Assembly: GCF_001186125.1 (NCBI RefSeq)
Contig: NW_014040445.1
Coordinates: forward strand, 78,213-98,212
Reading direction: 5' to 3'
From: Sphaeroforma arctica JP610
Taxonomy: Eukaryota
DNA: 20,000 bases
Made by a program: the position numbers and the translations under genes
Shown: piece after piece, positions 15,601 to 20,000 of the stretch
How positions within the stretch are numbered: position 1 is the first letter of the stretch
Layout: each line of letters starts with the position of its first letter
The notes under the pieces: model-generated
Databases searched by the model: none
What the model was told of the DNA's origin: nothing
What the model saw: only the letters and a program-made list of their open reading frames with translations

Positions 15601-16523
15601 TAGCTACCTTAACTACAGACGCACAGGGTGACCATCAACAATCTCGGATCCTTTGCAAAAGATTCCTAGACAAATTCGCTAATCTACGTGCATTGCTTCT
15701 AGTTGGCTAATAAGTTATATTGCTTCCGGTAAACCTTCGATCTTTTTCATTTTTCTACATGACCGCCCGTCAATGCATTCGTTGACTAGGGTGTTGCATG
15801 CCTGGCATCTCTTTCAACTCAATATGAACCAAGGAGTAGTTATTTCATCAGAACCCATCGAAAATACATCTTACGCATGTACCGTAATAGTATATTGATT
15901 TGCCTATATGCTAAACATGCCTAACTGTTTCACCGACATCTTCGCCTGTATTTGCTAACAAGCATGCCTGAATCGTCTCCACCTTCCGACTATATTCGTA
16001 CGAATCTACATTCTATGTCTGGTTGGGCGAAATCGAGTGCATCTTTTGCAGCGTTCACAACTGCTATTCCTAATACTACGGTAAGATAACCCTTTCGCCA
16101 GATATGAGTCGTGTAACCAGATGCACTATTCGCACTTGTGTAACTCGACATACCAGTTGCGAAAGAGGCAGGCGATCTGGCAATACAATCGAGTGTTATA
16201 ATTCCCAATGACCACATGCACGTTTACCATCCAAAATACACGAGATATTCGGATTAATTTTTTTTTCCCTGGACCAACCAGGAGTAGGTATTGCAGTTGC
16301 TGTAGAATTTGGTTTTACGTTTTCCGGGCGCATACCATCGCTTAGTCGGATTTGGGTAAAAACAATCAGTACACTTTCTTTCCTGATCCCTTTTGGACGA
16401 TGCTTTAGTTTCTCATCTGTAGTAGGCTTTATTCCGTATGTGACGAAATAATCGAATTTTGAGTCACTGGTCGCATGTGTGCTCTCAAATGGCTCTATAT
16501 TAATGATACTACACGTTTCAAGC

Positions 16524-16562
16524 TATAAGATATTCAGTTTAAACAAACCGCTCCCTCTTTTT
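16524..16562 (+). promoter_or_regulatory. Putative RPL12 core promoter: TATA-like TATAAG (16524-16529) and polypyrimidine TCT/5'TOP-like initiator CTCCCTCTTTTT (16551-16562)
   Basis: A pyrimidine tract matching YCTYTYY lies about 30 bp after a TATA-like box and 25 nt before the ATG, the typical ribosomal-protein TCT/TOP arrangement. The TSS is not directly observed. Confidence 0.55.
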
Positions 16563-16587
16563 ACTAGAGCTTAGAAAATTAGCAAAT

Positions 16588-18211
16588 ATGCCTCCTAAGC
16601 CCGACCCCAGCGAAATCAAATACGGTACGTCAACCTCTTACTGCACGTTAGAGGGCAAGTATATGCAATAGTTACACATAAGGAGAAGCGTATATCGCCA
16701 CCAAAGTTTGACGGAAAAATACTCAGCACGTCAGCAGTGTCCCAATTACCACAGCCAACATCGATTGCCACATACTTGTGCAACACCATAGCCACGTATA
16801 TGTGCTACACTATTGCCTCATACATATGCAACACTATGTCAAGCAACGAAAATGGATGCGGTTTGATTGCTATGATGACATATCGAATTCCTCGTTCCGT
16901 ATACAGGAGAATATGCACGGCTCGCGCCAGCTACTCTTTATGACGATCGAATTCTTACTGAGCCATCGCATCGCATGTATATGTGCATTTTACAACTCGG
17001 AACTCTCGCATTGACATAATGCGTATATATAACATGATATACAATAACAAACCACGGCTTGGCATGGCGTGACCAGAACAGCAGATTGTACTCTTTATTT
17101 TCATTTTACAACGGCTAAGTATATATATGTATATGTTATCATATTAAACAGTCGTGCTTCGTGCCGTCGGAGGAGAGGTAGCAGCCGCCGCCACACTTGC
17201 CCCAAAGATTGGTCCCCTAGGTCTTTCACCCAAAAAGATTGGAGATGATATCTGCAAGGCCACTAAGGATTGGAAGGGTCTTAAGGTATTGTTATTTTCA
17301 CATCAACATTTCACTGCATGCAATATACTTTTTCGGTTCTGATTGAATTATATTGGTACATAGCGAGTTGTACCTCACGATAAACAACTTTATTATACTA
17401 AGTGAGTAGCACTTTTATTGAATGTTTGCTGCCGTAATTGTTTGTCACAGGTGACTGTTGAGCTTGCCATCCAAAATCGTCAAGCCACAGTTCGCATTAT
17501 TCCCGCCGCCTCTTCATTGATCATGAGAGCGCTTAAGGAGCCCGTGCGTGACCGCAAAAAGGAAAAGAATAGTAAGTTACTCACATGCACATATATCTGC
17601 CTATACTTCATACTCAGTGGGCAATTTTGGTTTGCTACTGCAAGAACAAAGTTGCACACGTGTAGTCGTGAGAATTATCTCGGTGTGCAAAATGGGTTAC
17701 TTTTCACTTGTATAGTTATTATTTATCGGAGAGGGGGTTTGAGCGCTACTCTATTCATCTCTAGTTTAGGTGATTAATAAGAGGCTACAGACGACCTCTA
17801 CGGGGTCTTACAATTCAATCTGTCCATCAGGATGATCCATACGTCATTCTGAACAGCTGAATCGCTGTGGAATTGAGGATTTTTGCCTTCTGGATTGTAT
17901 CTAAGATAGCTGCCTATTTGATAATGCCAGTAGTCACATGCTTGTTTGAGTACAATATCGAAGAAAAATCCTATTGATTTTTTATCTCTGTTCTTCTTTC
18001 CGTAGTCATCCACGATGGTGACATTCCCTTCGATGAGATTCTAGAGATTGCCCGTGCTATGCGTGAGCGATCCATGGCACGTGAGTTATCTGGAACTGTC
18101 AAGGAGATTCTAGGTACATGCCAGTCCATTGGTTGCACAATTGACGGTGAGGATCCTCATGACGTTATCGACGAGATTAAGTCTGGTGAGCGCGAGGTAC
18201 CTGCTAAATAA
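16588..18211 (+). CDS. RPL12: 60S ribosomal protein L12 (uL11), 165 aa; exons 16588-16624, 17152-17285, 17451-17571, 18006-18211
   Basis: [69 protein letters not shown]...[21 protein letters not shown]...[37 protein letters not shown]. The 498-nt CDS has the canonical length. Confidence 0.98.
16764..16835 (+). repeat. 24-bp tandem repeat x3 in RPL12 intron 1
   Basis: attgccacatacttgtgcaacacc / atagccacgtatatgtgctacact / attgcctcatacatatgcaacact. Confidence 0.9.
16865..16967 (+). ncRNA. Candidate intronic box C/D snoRNA (possibly snR57-like, 18S-complementary)
   Basis: Perfect box C ATGATGA at 16872-16878, C'-like ATGACGA at 16940-16946 and box D CTGA at 16958-16961. Terminal pairing gattgc/gccatc plus an outer atgcg/cgcat. 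About 90 nt, on the sense strand of a ribosomal-protein intron. GAATTCCTCGTT(C) at 16885-16897 is complementary to the conserved 18S segment (G)AACGAGGAAUUC as recalled. The D' box is not canonical. Confidence 0.7.
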
Positions 18212-19334
18212 ATGAACAGGTCTCTATATCGCCAATCTACTAGTAGCAGAAGTTGTGTATTTTTGTGTATAATATATATATGAGATACGTCAAACATGTT
18301 ACTGTGCTATATATTTTTATTGCTTCTCTACGAAATATAATAGCAAATAGGTATGTCGAATATGTATAAATCGTCGCACAGTTTGTTTCCTTGATTGTGC
18401 AATGACAAGAGGCTGGAATTAATGGGCACCATTATGATTACACGGTTAAAAACTTCATCTTGATATGATATCGAGTAATATTGAGTCTAAAACAGAAGTG
18501 GATGGTCCCTACTAGGGATTGAAACAAACGACGTGCAATGTTCATATACGGCTTTAGCCGAAACATATGCTTGTATATAATCGCTTCAATATCATGCTGA
18601 AAGCCCTGCAAAGAGTAGTCGTCTCGGTTCACAAAGTATGTTTGTATTTCAACAGCAATACTTCACATATCTTTGGTGGATAAAGATATTCAACATATTT
18701 ATTATCTGCTTATATTCTTGCAAGTCGTGGAACTATGTAGCGATTCCACAAATTGATTCAGTTCACGGGTATCAATCCTCAAGCTCCTCTAAGACGTATT
18801 TTCGTTCGGCTGCCGGATTGAAGACAAGAATTGTATATATGTGAGTTTTCCAGTCACATAGCATTTGAAACAACGTATGTGCCTCCGTCAGTATACGGAA
18901 TATAAAGTTGGGTATGGGCAAGAATGAATACCTTCAGCTGTCTCCACCGGATGTCGCTCTCGTAGTTTTGATTTCAGAACTCTGCAATGGCGGGAAACTC
19001 GATACTTTTAGCTGACTGCTAGAGTATACTGCACAGAAACACGTCGAATGTAAAAATGGTACACTTTTCGATGCAATGAAAGACTTTTCATTTCTGATAC
19101 AATATTTTCCCAATTTGTAGCTTTGTTTTGTATCTCATGATCAACGTATATCCTGAGTGTACAGCATCGCAATATATTCAGAGAAGAACGTTCACATATT
19201 CTATTTTGATTGGAAATTGCATTACGCAAACGACCGTCTCCAGGTCCGTGCATACCTAATACGTCTGAAAAGATTGCTTAAGTTGCGTTGTGTGGATATC
19301 AGCACAGCCACGTGTTTTCTGAAGGCCGCGGAGA

Positions 19335-19990
19335 GAACATTGAATTGTGCTGTGCTTAACTCATTGATTGACACTAGCTTTGAATTACACTTGTCGAACT
19401 GTTCAAACCTGTGTCAATTTTGGTGGTATGCAACATGAGTGGGACAACATGAGCCGCTTATTAGCTCTAGTGATACGACTGTACATGAACGCCGCAGAAA
19501 GCATATTGAACTGTGATAAGATTTGAATTCCACAAATCAATTTTGGTAGAATTTTTCATGATTGGGACGACAATATGAGTCGTTGCTAGCCTCCCTATGT
19601 ACAACTGTCCATGAACGCCCCATACATGTTTATACTGTGCTGTATTCAACTCGATGATTGACACTAGCTTTTGTATTATAATTGTCAAACTGTTTAAACC
19701 TGTGTCAATTTTGGCGGCAGGCAAATGAGTGAGACAACAGCATTAGTCATTGCTTTACTCTAGTAGTACGACTGAACACGAACGCCTCAGACAACATGTT
19801 GAACTGTGCCGTATTTAACTGACTAGCTCTAATTTGCAGTCTTGGAGACCTGTGTCAATTTGTAGTATACATTATGAGTAGGACAACAGCATCAGTTGTT
19901 GCATATGTCTAGTAGTACGACTGTAGTGAGCTTAGCATAGAAAACACTCAAGTGTGTTGTCACGAACTTGTTGATTAGCACAAGCTTATA
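19335..19990 (+). repeat. Degenerate tandem array of about 125-170 bp units (4 recognisable copies plus flanking remnants), possibly decayed coding repeats
   Basis: Recurring anchors TCAATTT at 19414, 19537, 19705, 19855 and AC(G/A)ACTG at 19475, 19601, 19768, 19917. TGATTGACACTAGCTTT occurs at about 19365 and 19655. Confidence 0.85.
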
Positions 19991-20000
19991 TATATATATA

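Noticed and set aside
15902..15998. Degenerate two-copy duplication (gccta/gcctg...tgctaa...catgcct...ccgac...ttcg) between RPL6 and RPL12
   Set aside because: Short and poorly conserved, with no functional hypothesis supportable.
16928..16950. 9-nt matches of the snoRNA candidate (ccagctact, gacgatcga) to recalled large-subunit rRNA segments
   Set aside because: Matches this short are expected by chance and are not positioned correctly relative to a D or D' box.
17586..17690. Hairpin-AGAACA-hairpin (ttgcacac/gtgtgcaa) at the start of RPL12 intron 3
   Set aside because: An H-box-like hexamer is present but there is no terminal ACA and the pocket geometry is poor.
18945..19010. VLISELCNGGKL resembling a protein kinase hinge region
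   Set aside because: No GxGxxG, HRD or DFG motifs were found nearby, and an in-frame stop follows.

Overview
Intron-rich eukaryotic genomic DNA (GT-AG introns, AT/TG microsatellite-filled introns, one 20-N assembly gap). The protein sequences look opisthokont and possibly unicellular holozoan, but that is inference only. Five spliced genes were rebuilt by hand with phase-consistent junctions. They are the 5' part of USP7/UBP15 (minus, MATH + catalytic Cys box, running off the left edge), a divergent importin-alpha (minus), NDUFA13/GRIM-19 (plus, head-to-head with importin-alpha), RPL6 (minus) and RPL12/uL11 (plus, head-to-head with RPL6). No prokaryote-type system is present. The main oddities are: (1) an importin-alpha with no recognisable IBB domain and all three major-site P2-pocket residues changed while the minor site is intact; (2) a box C/D snoRNA candidate in RPL12 intron 1; (3) a 24-bp repeat with coding-like divergence in the same intron; (4) a splice-dead duplicate of NDUFA13 exon 1; (5) a decayed, probably protein-coding repeat array (possibly F-box/LRR-like) at the right end.
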